From a bacterium (GTDB lineage Bacteria > Patescibacteriota > Patescibacteriia > Patescibacteriales > UBA12465), in contig DAOMZR010000001.1 in the NCBI GenBank assembly GCA_035400585.1, positions 434,643-498,642 of the forward strand: a DNA stretch of 64,000 nucleotides, read 5' to 3'. The position numbers and the translations under genes are program-made. Below are positions 28,301 through 36,165 of this stretch, one piece after another; the stretch's first letter is position 1, and each line of letters starts with the position of its first letter. The notes below the pieces were generated by a model. It did no database searches, was not told the DNA's origin, and saw only the letters and a program-made list of their open reading frames with translations.

Positions 28301-30940
28301 ATAATCTTTATCCATGGCTTTAGCGGGAACACTTCGACCATCACTCATTTTAAACAAATCGCAACCTAATTCATCAAAATTACAAAGTCTAGCATAACGA
28401 TAACACTCCGAAGGAGCATCTGATTTTAATCTATAATCTGGATTAGCAGAATACGGAGCAACATAACAAGTATTTTTTAAATAATCTGGAATTGTTTTTA
28501 AATAAATCAAACCATCACCTCTATAATCAGAATAAAATGTTCCAATTGAGCCTTTTTCTAATTTAAGTTGATCAAAATAACACTGGCCACCAGCACCAAT
28601 ATTTATTCTAAAATTAACTTCTGACCCCGAATAATTATCAGGATAGGTGTAAGACACTGTTTGATAAGAAAAGTTGGGTGAAGGAGAAACAACCTTTGAA
28701 TCTTCGGTTGACATATCAGCGATAGATGCCGTAGAAGTGGCCGTACATTTTGAGTAAAAAGATAATGTAAAAGTTTCTCCTCTTAAAAAATTATCATCAG
28801 GACCAACAATAGTTGAACCATTTAAAACATCTCCACCGGTCAATAAAATTCCGCGACTTCCATCATAGCCAATATTTTCTTGTATTTTGTTTTGTTGAAA
28901 ATAAGAAGTCCAACTTTCGTTTGTTTCAAATCCTCCATTAACCAAGAAATTGTGACCAAAACCCGATTTAGTTCTTATAAATTCATTACATCCCTCTGAA
29001 CCAGAAGAGCAAGTTTCGGCCTTACTATTTAAATGAATAGCGCCATCAGAGCTCCAATTAACCTTAGAGTTAGCAACATCATAAGTTCCATTTTTAGCAT
29101 AAATACTACAACCAGAATTACTAGCATCACAAGGGGTATACTTTATGGTATTTTTTAATAAAGCCAATTTTTTTCCAGAAGAACTAGTAAGAGATTCACA
29201 AGTGTTAAAAACTGAAGAACAAGAATCACTATTAAAATTCCAAGTTCTTTTTTCTTCTGTACAATATCCGTAAAACTGACAACTACCATCATTAGCCTCT
29301 TTAATACATGATCTTTCATCGGCACAATAACTATCACTTCTGATAATCATAATATCTTCGCTAGCTTCTTGAACGACCTCGCCAGCTGAATTTTTAGATT
29401 CAGGAATTGATATTAATTGAGTAGACAAAACGTGACCACCATAACCCTGACGAGCGCAATAATTTACAGGTGCTTTCAAAACCCAATATGGATCAACCAG
29501 GCCTCTGCACCACTCAACTTCGCTTTCGTTGTTAGGGTCGTGTGGGAAGTTTTTACTATATTGGTTATACTCATCGCTACCACTAAAACAAGAAACTAAA
29601 TCCATTATTGTATATTGACCAGAGTTTGATTTTTGCAAAGGAGTAATTCTGTTTAAAGCTTCTTCCCATCCCAGAGGAACTATTCTAAATTTTCTTAAAA
29701 TCATTAAAGATCTTTTATTCAAAGTATTTTTATAATCTCCATTTTCAGAAAAAAGCATACCGGAAGAAATAGAACCATTGTTTATTGCCTCTATTAAGGT
29801 ATTTTGATTTTCAATAGCCCTACCAAAAGATTGTCCAATAACGCAGTTATTGGGTCCGCTATAAGAATTTTCACTACCACAAATCATAAGCTCGGCTAAA
29901 ATACTATAGTCAGTTTTTTCAGTAAACTTAGGCGTTAAAACTTTTTTAAGTGTCTCTGTTAATGTTGCTTCACTATAATAAGAAGAGGGATCAGCTTCCG
30001 GAGAACTCAAAATAAAAGGATTGCTAGGAGTAACTTTATTGTCTCCATTTCTGAAATCACTATATGATTTCAAGGCTGAGTTGATAAGTGATATTAAAAG
30101 TTGATTGGAAAAAATATTAACAGCATCAACAAAAATGTCACTTGAAGTTTGACCAAATGTTTTAGTGGTTAAATCTCTGGTTTGATCGGTTTCTCCCTGC
30201 ATTGCTCCAGGAACTGATTCTTGTTTTCCGGCAATATTTCTTACATCCAACCAACCCTGATTAAAGCTTAATTGAGTTTCTACTTTTTCTTTTTCTTTAT
30301 CACCACTTTCTAGAACTTTATCCAACAAACTCATGGTTATACCGATATCACTAGCTGAAGGATCAATAGAGGCTGCTACTTGATCTAAAAATTTAAGAGG
30401 ATCATCAGCATAAGACGCCCATCTATCAAATTCATTTTTCCAGCCATTTTTCATTTGTTGCCATCCGCACTTAGGTTCAACCGGGCGATAATTAGCAGTT
30501 AATCCCAAACCAATTTTAGTTTTTATACTTATATTGGGTTCGCAAAAATTAAAATCCCATTCTTTGCCTAAAACATCTAAAGCTTCCCCAATGGCCGCAT
30601 CTCTAATATTATCACCGTATTTTGTCCAGTAATCAGTTTCCCACATAGGCTTTTGTCCTCCAGCGGCCGTACCAAGATAAGTAGCCGAATCATAAGCCAA
30701 GGTATATAAAGAAGCTCTCAGGGCCGATTGAAACATGCTAGATCCCATTTTAACCAAAAATTTATCTTTATTCTTTTCTACCCAATCAGTAACTTTTCTA
30801 ACAACGGCGACTGGACCTCCAATAATATCAGAAGCATACACCCTTGTTGGGAAAATAAAAAAACTAAAAATAAAAGAAAAAAGCAAAAAGACAATAATGC
30901 CTTTTTCATAAAACCTTTTAGTAGGAGTTCTTTTAATCAT
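22379..30940 (-). CDS. Giant (~2850 aa) cysteine-rich extracellular/surface protein with an N-terminal membrane anchor or signal
   Basis: The ORF track gives 22379-31033. I prefer Met32 (ATG at 30940, MIKRTPTKRFYEKGIIVFLLFSFIFSFFIFPTRVYAS), which removes the 68-nt overlap with the upstream gene. Several segments carry CBM/jelly-roll-like signatures (FLVNGGFETNESW, NLILNSDFSDIDEDGTYFDGW, YDFEQNVSNWQGGFE). Cys is scattered throughout, with 11 Cys in the last ~85 aa. Confidence 0.8.
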   Translation of the reverse strand: MIKRTPTKRFYEKGIIVFLLFSFIFSFFIFPTRVYASDIIGGPVAVVRKVTDWVEKNKDKFLVKMGSSMFQSALRASLYTLAYDSATYLGTAAGGQKPMWETDYWTKYGDNIRDAAIGEALDVLGKEWDFNFCEPNISIKTKIGLGLTANYRPVEPKCGWQQMKNGWKNEFDRWASYADDPLKFLDQVAASIDPSASDIGITMSLLDKVLESGDKEKEKVETQLSFNQGWLDVRNIAGKQESVPGAMQGETDQTRDLTTKTFGQTSSDIFVDAVNIFSNQLLISLINSALKSYSDFRNGDNKVTPSNPFILSSPEADPSSYYSEATLTETLKKVLTPKFTEKTDYSILAELMICGSENSYSGPNNCVIGQSFGRAIENQNTLIEAINNGSISSGMLFSENGDYKNTLNKRSLMILRKFRIVPLGWEEALNRITPLQKSNSGQYTIMDLVSCFSGSDEYNQYSKNFPHDPNNESEVEWCRGLVDPYWVLKAPVNYCARQGYGGHVLSTQLISIPESKNSAGEVVQEASEDIMIIRSDSYCADERSCIKEANDGSCQFYGYCTEEKRTWNFNSDSCSSVFNTCESLTSSSGKKLALLKNTIKYTPCDASNSGCSIYAKNGTYDVANSKVNWSSDGAIHLNSKAETCSSGSEGCNEFIRTKSGFGHNFLVNGGFETNESWTSYFQQNKIQENIGYDGSRGILLTGGDVLNGSTIVGPDDNFLRGETFTLSFYSKCTATSTASIADMSTEDSKVVSPSPNFSYQTVSYTYPDNYSGSEVNFRINIGAGGQCYFDQLKLEKGSIGTFYSDYRGDGLIYLKTIPDYLKNTCYVAPYSANPDYRLKSDAPSECYRYARLCNFDELGCDLFKMSDGRSVPAKAMDKDYCPSECDGYDVYVQKSTVFESDYPYRLIPKTAKKCSASSVGCSQFTNLEDLSSGGERIEYYSYLRQCIKPEEGVCSNFYSWEGSDESGYQLKSFKLAMNSSQLSLTSGSLFSTGDSYKHVISGIDVCSREISKLPVSDPRYNSDCREFYNQAGEVFYVLYSKTLTCSDNCKRFRMTDRNIDRTITNAVDCNNLNTAGKIVAKWQTAVVDDYVSDQTEDSFVCFHCLNGGKWDDNQNACVYQAIPGEGKTCSASENSCREYSGNSGSNTKILTSYDFEQNVSNWQGGFESTESLNNNGKSIRINSSSEISRDISGLLSKGNSYLISFLSKNGTANSSNLEIYFMNSAGKISNFKNVNTSTGVSENNLPIKGSTWQIYKINLEDLDHDVDSGEKIFIKNNGPDTVYIDDLILSETNSRYYLIKNSWNTPNICYYDQTSKYQGPNYNLGCSTYLDRSNTKHTLRQFSKLCDSSAVGCELMIDTHNYTPKENAFFSNGQLNESISSCSAGQDCLEVPADNFSLVVYDSSKICNPADKGCSLFGKAISNIYSTSSSYLYQNIFIKNNPDKYNQGTLCARDAIGCDSWTSTSGVSYFKDPMDNVCQLVDNKWYVKKIKRCLIPGAVQSNLCLPGDTNCNSSLSVSNLPNPCNSDADCSGSEKCILDENNYLCPVDSDYGIVKTIGNNGIRISQPIAQANGVNWAGLCPLKESGCTEYIDPESSFNPNLILNSDFSDIDEDGTYFDGWTAVTPDGNNTVSGLNCKIVDSGSGAKTISCNQENSVYYFKQVNHFMEANKLYTIKYKNLANLRIRCDKTFYKLESNNLLSSVSLAGNDFYQLSQTSPYASKLLFYSGDNIAGDCEFIIDLNRTTDISKVSIDWRELIVDYKIKSNLDFSSCSGPNFNNGCIIFNEREVSSNGWPNFSSFRYNSSDYANYNPAPSTAYKDANQIIKVKPDRVCGRWLSCYSYTTEKDEKGNDKNVCLQIGQCTSMDASGNCLNFSKSPVGNRAFSIAKDSNASGYSLLNNYYLDSMVQRGSTNVWSNDFEKKADLNSWQRKKSSNSSLIAIDSTCFISKSIDVNTPPFKSVLPTYPSPSNLGFARVGGGECDWAWYSPVVSVNTSSDYYLNFLINTANYRLTEGGNVEKVLGKIVGVKNGVVVENESTEISVDVSKKDWQRISIKFKTASDWNNGFRLILSPSLDNDTANNGWLYFDDVNVEPALETAENTYLPASCRLYPKQDSISCYSDSKGYSFIEQGWEGYCLQKDPANENVCLLWYPVDSVVGSANSDLTTNFSGYADTGLQPIYCGRMNADFSLVEYRDVYLRDVTTSDGTVNEGVYFYGGSGCDSNYHNVLNKLYDSDASDCRDIWYNYGGGEKYNMKIYFCLPITGSRLIIPTNSKIVYGSQTTAKSITGGGTNSCGGNAVLCCRGSNCNTSCSGCDTMACDARNGWWERFEARNFSDGNPNGSTYKSQAGWYLYDGSLKGKTETDNGQKLLAYNIKKSECEGGLYGTTTFIPAGTGNGRCSSTYCAQDSLAVTDPNKNGACLMDPDKYVPKCDKFIKGEIPWVERLKSSQYSLQQYNNSLTSAPFSHYRLGSVSVPFGAINTDGDVGSQNVYASSIGDSLLYGLPYSCIGTSSSIYMTGTGAGYRNSCESLYYDKASGKIKLTTSLDTQNRFIDTGSSWSNTTSGASDALKNIFAKVSLDSGYAHLNGVDAPLTPAVNCNSYGCPERDNTRVCSVWPQINNIKISGPYGAVNQTEVESNIYNVVASGFYTISFNTVVDREQSPIKQMTIKIKKTTEDWKNSAPIILGPIDHRPNESNPHRLVRFLTPGQYIITIKVVDNWDFFRCSGIGGFNSSNPTYYNLSCFTNCCSNGDLSSDSCESCDDYISGPLFSCSSYIVPEKPVVVVNPITGTTTCDSNSCYFNLENKYCCQCQTDGVSSNMCYRCGYEPSFFPVCPDVVDPDEPCDPHDPDCISIE

Positions 30941-30965
30941 ATTGTTTATAGAAATTTTTAATTGA

Positions 30966-31757
30966 TTATTGGCTAGTCTCCATTGATTGATAAAGAGACT
31001 GACGATAAATATCAAGGAGCTCTTCATCACCAATCAGGTCTATTTCGTCTTTACTAAAACCAGCCTCTATTAATTGCGATCTTAAATCGGCTGGAGATAT
31101 ATTATAAAGCTGAGAAATTGATTCTGAATTCAAGACCTGTCCTTGATTATTTGTGTTTGCACCATTACTCAAAGACTCTAATAAACCATTTTGATCTACC
31201 GTTGACTCGGTGCTTTGTGAACTAGAAACAGAAGAAGAACAATTTTGCCCTTGAGGACAAGTTGGATCGGTTTTATAGGCAAAAATTTCTTCATAATCAT
31301 TAAGATTGTCACCATCGGTGTCTTCTAAATAGGGCGAAGTTCCGTGAACAAATAATTCATCCCAATCAGAAATAGTATCACCATCAGTATCGACTAATTT
31401 TAAGTCCATATTTTCCGAACTTAAATTATCTCCAGTGGCAGAACAATTTCCGTCAGCACAATTTGATTGATTGGAAGAATTTTCTGTTTCAGGAATGTTG
31501 ATTACAAATGGTTTTTTTATGTTGCTTCTTAAATTTACAAAAAAAATAACAATAACCAACAAAGAAAAAAGACTTAAAACCCCTAGAGCTATTTTTCTTT
31601 CTTTCTCCATTTGTTTAAAAGTCTGTTTGACAGAATTTACTGAATTATCAAAAACAACACCGGAAGATTGTTTTTCTCCATTAACATAAGGCGAGTCCTG
31701 TTCTTTGTCGTTATACAAATCATCGACTCGCTCATATTTTTGTTTATTATATTCCAT
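30966..31757 (-). CDS. Bitopic membrane protein with thrombospondin type-3-like Ca-binding repeats
   Basis: TM helix ALGVLSLFSLLVIVIFFV. Repeats DTDGDTISDWDE and DTDGDNLNDYEE are flanked by Cys pairs (CADGNC, CPQGQNC). Confidence 0.65.
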   Translation of the reverse strand: MEYNKQKYERVDDLYNDKEQDSPYVNGEKQSSGVVFDNSVNSVKQTFKQMEKERKIALGVLSLFSLLVIVIFFVNLRSNIKKPFVINIPETENSSNQSNCADGNCSATGDNLSSENMDLKLVDTDGDTISDWDELFVHGTSPYLEDTDGDNLNDYEEIFAYKTDPTCPQGQNCSSSVSSSQSTESTVDQNGLLESLSNGANTNNQGQVLNSESISQLYNISPADLRSQLIEAGFSKDEIDLIGDEELLDIYRQSLYQSMETSQ

Positions 31758-31821
31758 AATGAAATATTATAATATTTTTAATAAAAAAGCAAGAAAAAAG
31801 AGGTTTATAATTAAAATAAAA

Positions 31822-32661
31822 TTATTCAAATTTCAAAATATTAAAAATTCTTATCCAATTATCGAGACTAAGCTCTTCGGCTCGGCACTTGGAATCAAGC
31901 CCCAAAGAAAAAATAGCATTTTCTACTTCTTTTTGACCAATCTTTAAGCCCAAGGAAAGATTGTTTTTTAACATTTTTCTTTTAGCGCTGAATCCGATTT
32001 TCAATAATCTAAAAAATTTCTTTTCCTCTTGATAATTATCAAAAAGGTTATTTTTTCTAGGTGTAATTTCAATGATAGCACTGTCAATTTTGGGAACTGG
32101 ATAAAAACTTTCTTTTTTAACTTCAATAATTTTTTTAACTTCAGCATAAAATTGAACTGATATAGCCAACAAGCTCATGTCCGGTGGTTTAGAGATTATT
32201 CTATCAACAACCTCTTTTTGCAGAAGCAAAACTATTTTTTCTGGTTTATTGTGGATGCTTAAAAATTTTCTTAAAAAAATTGAAGTTATATTATAAGGAA
32301 GATTGGCCACTATTTTATATTTGCCCAATTTTTCAATGTTCTCTCCCTTAATTTTCAAAACATCGTTGTTAAAAATTTTTATATTCTTCTTGTTTTTGGA
32401 AATTATTAAAGTATTTAATAGTTCAGCCAATTTATTATCCAGTTCAACAGCTAAAACTTTTTTAACTTTTTCAGAAATTTTAAATGTTAATATTCCGAGT
32501 CCTGGACCAACCTCCAAAACAACATCATCTTTTTTTAAATCAGAGCTCAAAATCATTGATTCATAAACATCTTCATCAACTAAAAAATTTTGCCCCTTAG
32601 ATTTTTCGGGTTTAATATTGTATATTTTGCACAAATCCAATGTTTGTCTAAGAAGATCCAT
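31822..32661 (-). CDS. rsmA: 16S rRNA (adenine1518/1519-N6)-dimethyltransferase
   Basis: KSKGQNFL motif, SAM-binding VLEVGPGLGILT, NLPYNI motif. Confidence 0.9.
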   Translation of the reverse strand: MDLLRQTLDLCKIYNIKPEKSKGQNFLVDEDVYESMILSSDLKKDDVVLEVGPGLGILTFKISEKVKKVLAVELDNKLAELLNTLIISKNKKNIKIFNNDVLKIKGENIEKLGKYKIVANLPYNITSIFLRKFLSIHNKPEKIVLLLQKEVVDRIISKPPDMSLLAISVQFYAEVKKIIEVKKESFYPVPKIDSAIIEITPRKNNLFDNYQEEKKFFRLLKIGFSAKRKMLKNNLSLGLKIGQKEVENAIFSLGLDSKCRAEELSLDNWIRIFNILKFE

Positions 32662-32668
32662 CTCGTTT

Positions 32669-35314
32669 CTATTTAATAACTATGTTTACTAGTCTATTTT
32701 TTACAAAAATAATTTTAACAATTTCTTTGCCTTCTAACCATTTTTTTATCAAATCCTTTTCTTTGGCCATACCAACAACTAGTGATTCTTCGCTGTCAAA
32801 ATCAATCTCAACCTCATCTCTTAATTTTCCATTGATTTGAATGGCTATTTTTACTCGCTCATCTTTAATTAAATTTTTATCATATTCTGGCCAAGCCAAG
32901 TCGAAAAGACTTTCTTTTTTTTCTGGATTTAACTTATGGTAAATTTCTTCACCAAGATGAGGTGCGAATGGGCCAAGTAATTTAATAAAAACAATTAGAA
33001 CTTCTTTGCTTATTTTTTCTTTTGTTGATAAATGATTTAACAAAATCATCATCTGGGAAACAGCAGTATGAAAGGAAATATTTTCTATATCTTCTCCAAC
33101 TTTTTTAATTGTTTTGTGCAGAATATTCAAAGTTTCTTTGTCGGCTATTTCATCATCAATTTCCTTTTCGCTTAAATTCCAAACTTTATTTACAAATCTA
33201 TTTATTCCATTTATGGCTGACGTTGACCAAGCGGAAGTATCTCCATAAGGCCCCATAAACATTATATAAATTCTCATGGTATCTGCACCATATTCTTCAA
33301 TAACATCATCTGGATTGATAACATTTCCCCACCTCTTACTCATCTTTCTTCCATCTTCAGCTAATATCAAACCATGTTGAACCCTTCTTTTATATGGTTC
33401 CGAAACAGGGACGATTCCTTTTTCATACAAAGCCTTATTCCAAAATCGAGAGTAAAGCAAATGAACTGTTGTGTGTTCGGCTCCGCCGAAATAGATATCA
33501 ACTGGCATGAAGTATTTTAAACTTTCTTCTGAAGCCATTTTTTGGTTATTGTGCGGATCTATATATCTTAAAAAATACCAAGAAGAACCAGCCCACTGGG
33601 GCATAGTATTGGCTTCCCTTTTAGCGTCTTGACCGCATTTTGGACATTTTACATTTACCCAAGAATCTATTTTAGCCAAAGGAGACTCGCCAGTTCCACT
33701 TGGTTCATAGTTTTCGACTTCTGGCAAAAGAAGTGGTAACTCATTTTCAGAAATAGGAACATTTCCGCAAGTTGGGCACTTAATAATTGGAATCGGTTCT
33801 CCCCAATATCTTTGGCGAGAGAACAACCAATCCCTAAGTTTATAGTTTATTTTTCTTTTTACAAAACCTTCTTTTTCTCCTTTGATAATCATTTTTTCTC
33901 TAGCTTCAGACGAAGTTAAACCATTAAAATCATTAGAATTTATCAAAAATCCATCTTCCGTATAACAAAAATTTAAACCGTTACTATGATAATCATTATA
34001 ACATTCTATCGGTGTTGAAGCAGTGCCGGTCGCTTGGTGTGAAACCGGGATTGTCACCTTGTGTTTTGAGGGTTCAAATCCCTCGACCGGCTCAACACCG
34101 TTTAATGCTATGTTGACTTTTTCATTTTTTTGATGTATAATATTCCCATCAAGGTGACAATCCTGATTCTCACTATTTAGTGTTGAATCCTCCGAAGAAG
34201 ACTCTGAAAATTCAGGGTCTTTTTCTTTTACAATAACTTTTTTAATCTCTAAATTATACTTTTTAGCAAATTCAAAGTCACGTTCGTCGTGAGCTGGAAC
34301 AGCCATAACAGCTCCCGTGCCATAAGAAGCTAAAACATAATCAGCTATAAAAACGTCAACTTTTTCATTATTAAATGGATTTATAGCTTTAATACCTTCT
34401 AGTTTAATTCCGCTCTTTTCTTTATTTAAATCAGTTCTTTCTAAGTCTGATTTATTTTTTATTTTATTTATATAATTTTCCACTTCCGACCAATTTTCAA
34501 TCCTATTTTTTAGTTCTAAAACTAATTTATTTTCTGGTGCTAAAACAACATAAGTACAACCAAAAATAGTATCAATTCTAGTAGTAAAAACTTTTATCTT
34601 CTCAGAAAAATTATCAATCGTAAAATCTATTTCAGCTCCCTCTGATTTTCCAATCCAATTCCTTTGACTAGTTTTAATATATTCCGGCCAGTTTAAATCA
34701 TCTAAGTCTTTAATTAACTTTTCAGCATAATCAGTTATTTTTAAAAACCATTGTTTCATTTTTTTCTGTTCAACATCACTGTCACATCTTTCACATTTAC
34801 CATTTATGACTTCTTCATTGGCCAAGCCAGTTTTACAAGAAGGGCACCAATTAATCGGAGCTTCTTTTTCGTAAGCTAAACCCATCTCAAATAATTGCAA
34901 AAATATCCATTGCGTCCATTTATAATAATTTGGATCGGTTGTATCTATTTCTCTATCCCAGTCAAAAGAAGGACCAAAGCTTTTAATTTGTCTTCTAAAA
35001 TTATCAATATTATTTTTAGTAAATTCCCCTGGATGTTTTTTATTTTTAATAGCAAAATTTTCAGCCGGCAAACCAAAAGCATCCCAGCCAATGGCATTTA
35101 AAACATTAAAACCGTTCATTCTTTTGTAACGAGAAAAAATATCAACTGCTGTTTGCCCTTTAACATGACCAACATGAACACCAGCTCCAGATGGATAAGG
35201 AAATTCCACTAAACTATAAAACTTTTTTTTATTGGCATCTAGATTGATTTTATAGGTTTTATTTTCTTCCCAATATTTTTGCCATTTTTTTTCTATATTT
35301 TTATGGTCGTACAT
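32669..35314 (-). CDS. leuS: Leucyl-tRNA synthetase carrying a ~90-aa insertion
   Basis: N-terminus MYDHKNIEKKWQKYWEENKTYK, HIGH variant AGVHVGHVKG, KMSKRWGN. Extra segment KEKDPEFSESS...NFCYTEDG between the AHDERDFEFAKKY block and FLINSNDFNGL. Confidence 0.95.
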   Translation of the reverse strand: MYDHKNIEKKWQKYWEENKTYKINLDANKKKFYSLVEFPYPSGAGVHVGHVKGQTAVDIFSRYKRMNGFNVLNAIGWDAFGLPAENFAIKNKKHPGEFTKNNIDNFRRQIKSFGPSFDWDREIDTTDPNYYKWTQWIFLQLFEMGLAYEKEAPINWCPSCKTGLANEEVINGKCERCDSDVEQKKMKQWFLKITDYAEKLIKDLDDLNWPEYIKTSQRNWIGKSEGAEIDFTIDNFSEKIKVFTTRIDTIFGCTYVVLAPENKLVLELKNRIENWSEVENYINKIKNKSDLERTDLNKEKSGIKLEGIKAINPFNNEKVDVFIADYVLASYGTGAVMAVPAHDERDFEFAKKYNLEIKKVIVKEKDPEFSESSSEDSTLNSENQDCHLDGNIIHQKNEKVNIALNGVEPVEGFEPSKHKVTIPVSHQATGTASTPIECYNDYHSNGLNFCYTEDGFLINSNDFNGLTSSEAREKMIIKGEKEGFVKRKINYKLRDWLFSRQRYWGEPIPIIKCPTCGNVPISENELPLLLPEVENYEPSGTGESPLAKIDSWVNVKCPKCGQDAKREANTMPQWAGSSWYFLRYIDPHNNQKMASEESLKYFMPVDIYFGGAEHTTVHLLYSRFWNKALYEKGIVPVSEPYKRRVQHGLILAEDGRKMSKRWGNVINPDDVIEEYGADTMRIYIMFMGPYGDTSAWSTSAINGINRFVNKVWNLSEKEIDDEIADKETLNILHKTIKKVGEDIENISFHTAVSQMMILLNHLSTKEKISKEVLIVFIKLLGPFAPHLGEEIYHKLNPEKKESLFDLAWPEYDKNLIKDERVKIAIQINGKLRDEVEIDFDSEESLVVGMAKEKDLIKKWLEGKEIVKIIFVKNRLVNIVIK
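34011..34099 (+). other. GC-rich tRNA-like palindromic element, antisense inside the leuS insertion
   Basis: GGTGTTGA (34011-18) pairs with TCAACACC (34092-99). GCCGGTC (34025-31) pairs with GACCGGC (34085-91). GAGGG-TTCAAAT-CCCTC (34068-84) is a canonical T-arm directly abutting the 3' acceptor-like strand. I counted 50 G+C in 90 nt. Confidence 0.5.
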
Positions 35315-35324
35315 AATTTTGTTT

Positions 35325-35570
35325 TTATTCTTCTTTCATGCTTATTGCTCTTACTGGGCATTCTTTAGCACACAATCCACAGCCTTTGCAATAATCATAA
35401 TTAATTTCAGCTTTTATTTGTCCTTTTATTTTTTTTAATTCAGCGGCACTATCTGGACAAATTTTAGAACAAATACCGCAGGCGATACATTTATCAAGAT
35501 CAACTTCTGGACGATAAGATCTCCAAGAACCAGTTTTGTTTTCCAAAGAAGAATTTGGTTTAACTATCAT
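35325..35570 (-). CDS. porD: Pyruvate/2-oxoacid:ferredoxin oxidoreductase delta subunit (2x[4Fe-4S] ferredoxin)
   Basis: CIACGICSKICP and CKGCGLCAKECP cluster motifs. Adjacent to the gamma subunit. Confidence 0.8.
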   Translation of the reverse strand: MIVKPNSSLENKTGSWRSYRPEVDLDKCIACGICSKICPDSAAELKKIKGQIKAEINYDYCKGCGLCAKECPVRAISMKEE

Positions 35571-35575
35571 AAATT

Positions 35576-36151
35576 TTATTTTAAATTGTAAGTATGTTCA
35601 ATTGCTAAAATATTTTTTTCAATAATTTCTCTTCCTTTATCCTGAAATTTTTCTTCAACTGCTAAAAAAATCGACTTTAAATTTAAAAGATTAGGAACTT
35701 TTGCCAAGGTTCCTAAAATAGCAGTATTTACTATGTTTTTTTTAAAAATTTCTAGAGCAACTTTGCTGGCATCAACCACTAAAATATTTTTTTCGGAAAA
35801 ATTTTTAGGCAAATCTTTTTCTTTTTTAATTTTTATAAAAAGATTATTTAATTTTTCTTTAGAATTAATAATAATTAGAGTACTTTTTTTAATTCCCGAG
35901 AAAATATTAGACTTTCCAATCAAACTATCATCTTGAATTATCAAAATATCAGGATTGTAAACATGATCTCTGCTCAAAATATCTTTATCGGAAACTCTAA
36001 CAAAGGATTGAATAGGAGCACCGCTTCTTTCTACTCCAAAATTAGGGAAAGCTTGAGATTTTTTGCCATCCTTAAAAAAGGCTATTGCTAAAAGCTCAGA
36101 AGCTGCCACTACTCCCTGGCCACCTCGTCCATGAATTCTTATTTCAATCAT
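35576..36151 (-). CDS. porC: Pyruvate/2-oxoacid:ferredoxin oxidoreductase gamma subunit
   Basis: MIEIRIHGRGGQGVVAASELLA, the typical gamma-subunit N-terminus. Confidence 0.85.
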   Translation of the reverse strand: MIEIRIHGRGGQGVVAASELLAIAFFKDGKKSQAFPNFGVERSGAPIQSFVRVSDKDILSRDHVYNPDILIIQDDSLIGKSNIFSGIKKSTLIIINSKEKLNNLFIKIKKEKDLPKNFSEKNILVVDASKVALEIFKKNIVNTAILGTLAKVPNLLNLKSIFLAVEEKFQDKGREIIEKNILAIEHTYNLK

Positions 36152-36165
36152 ATTCTTAAATTAAA

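Noticed and set aside
30941-31033. Longest start (31033) of the giant ORF, overlapping the upstream gene by 68 nt
   Set aside because: The extra 31 residues (MVMKSSLIFIVSLFINQWRLANNQLKISINN) precede a much more convincing basic-then-hydrophobic N-terminus starting at Met32 (30940). The overlap is probably an ORF-extension artefact.
31758-31821. Leaderless-mRNA promoter for the TSP3-repeat gene (TATAAT 8 nt before the ATG)
   Set aside because: No acceptable -35 hexamer at 16-18 nt spacing. The best is TTGCTT at 15 nt. A lone TATAAT is not significant in AT-rich DNA.
34025-34091. Possible bona fide tRNA gene on the plus strand (acceptor stem plus perfect T-arm)
   Set aside because: Only 36 nt separate the 5' acceptor strand from the T-arm, where at least 39 are needed. 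No 5-bp anticodon stem can be drawn. The D-loop lacks the conserved GG. The 3' end reads TCAA rather than a discriminator plus CCA context. It also lies inside an intact leuS reading frame. Kept only as a tRNA-like element.
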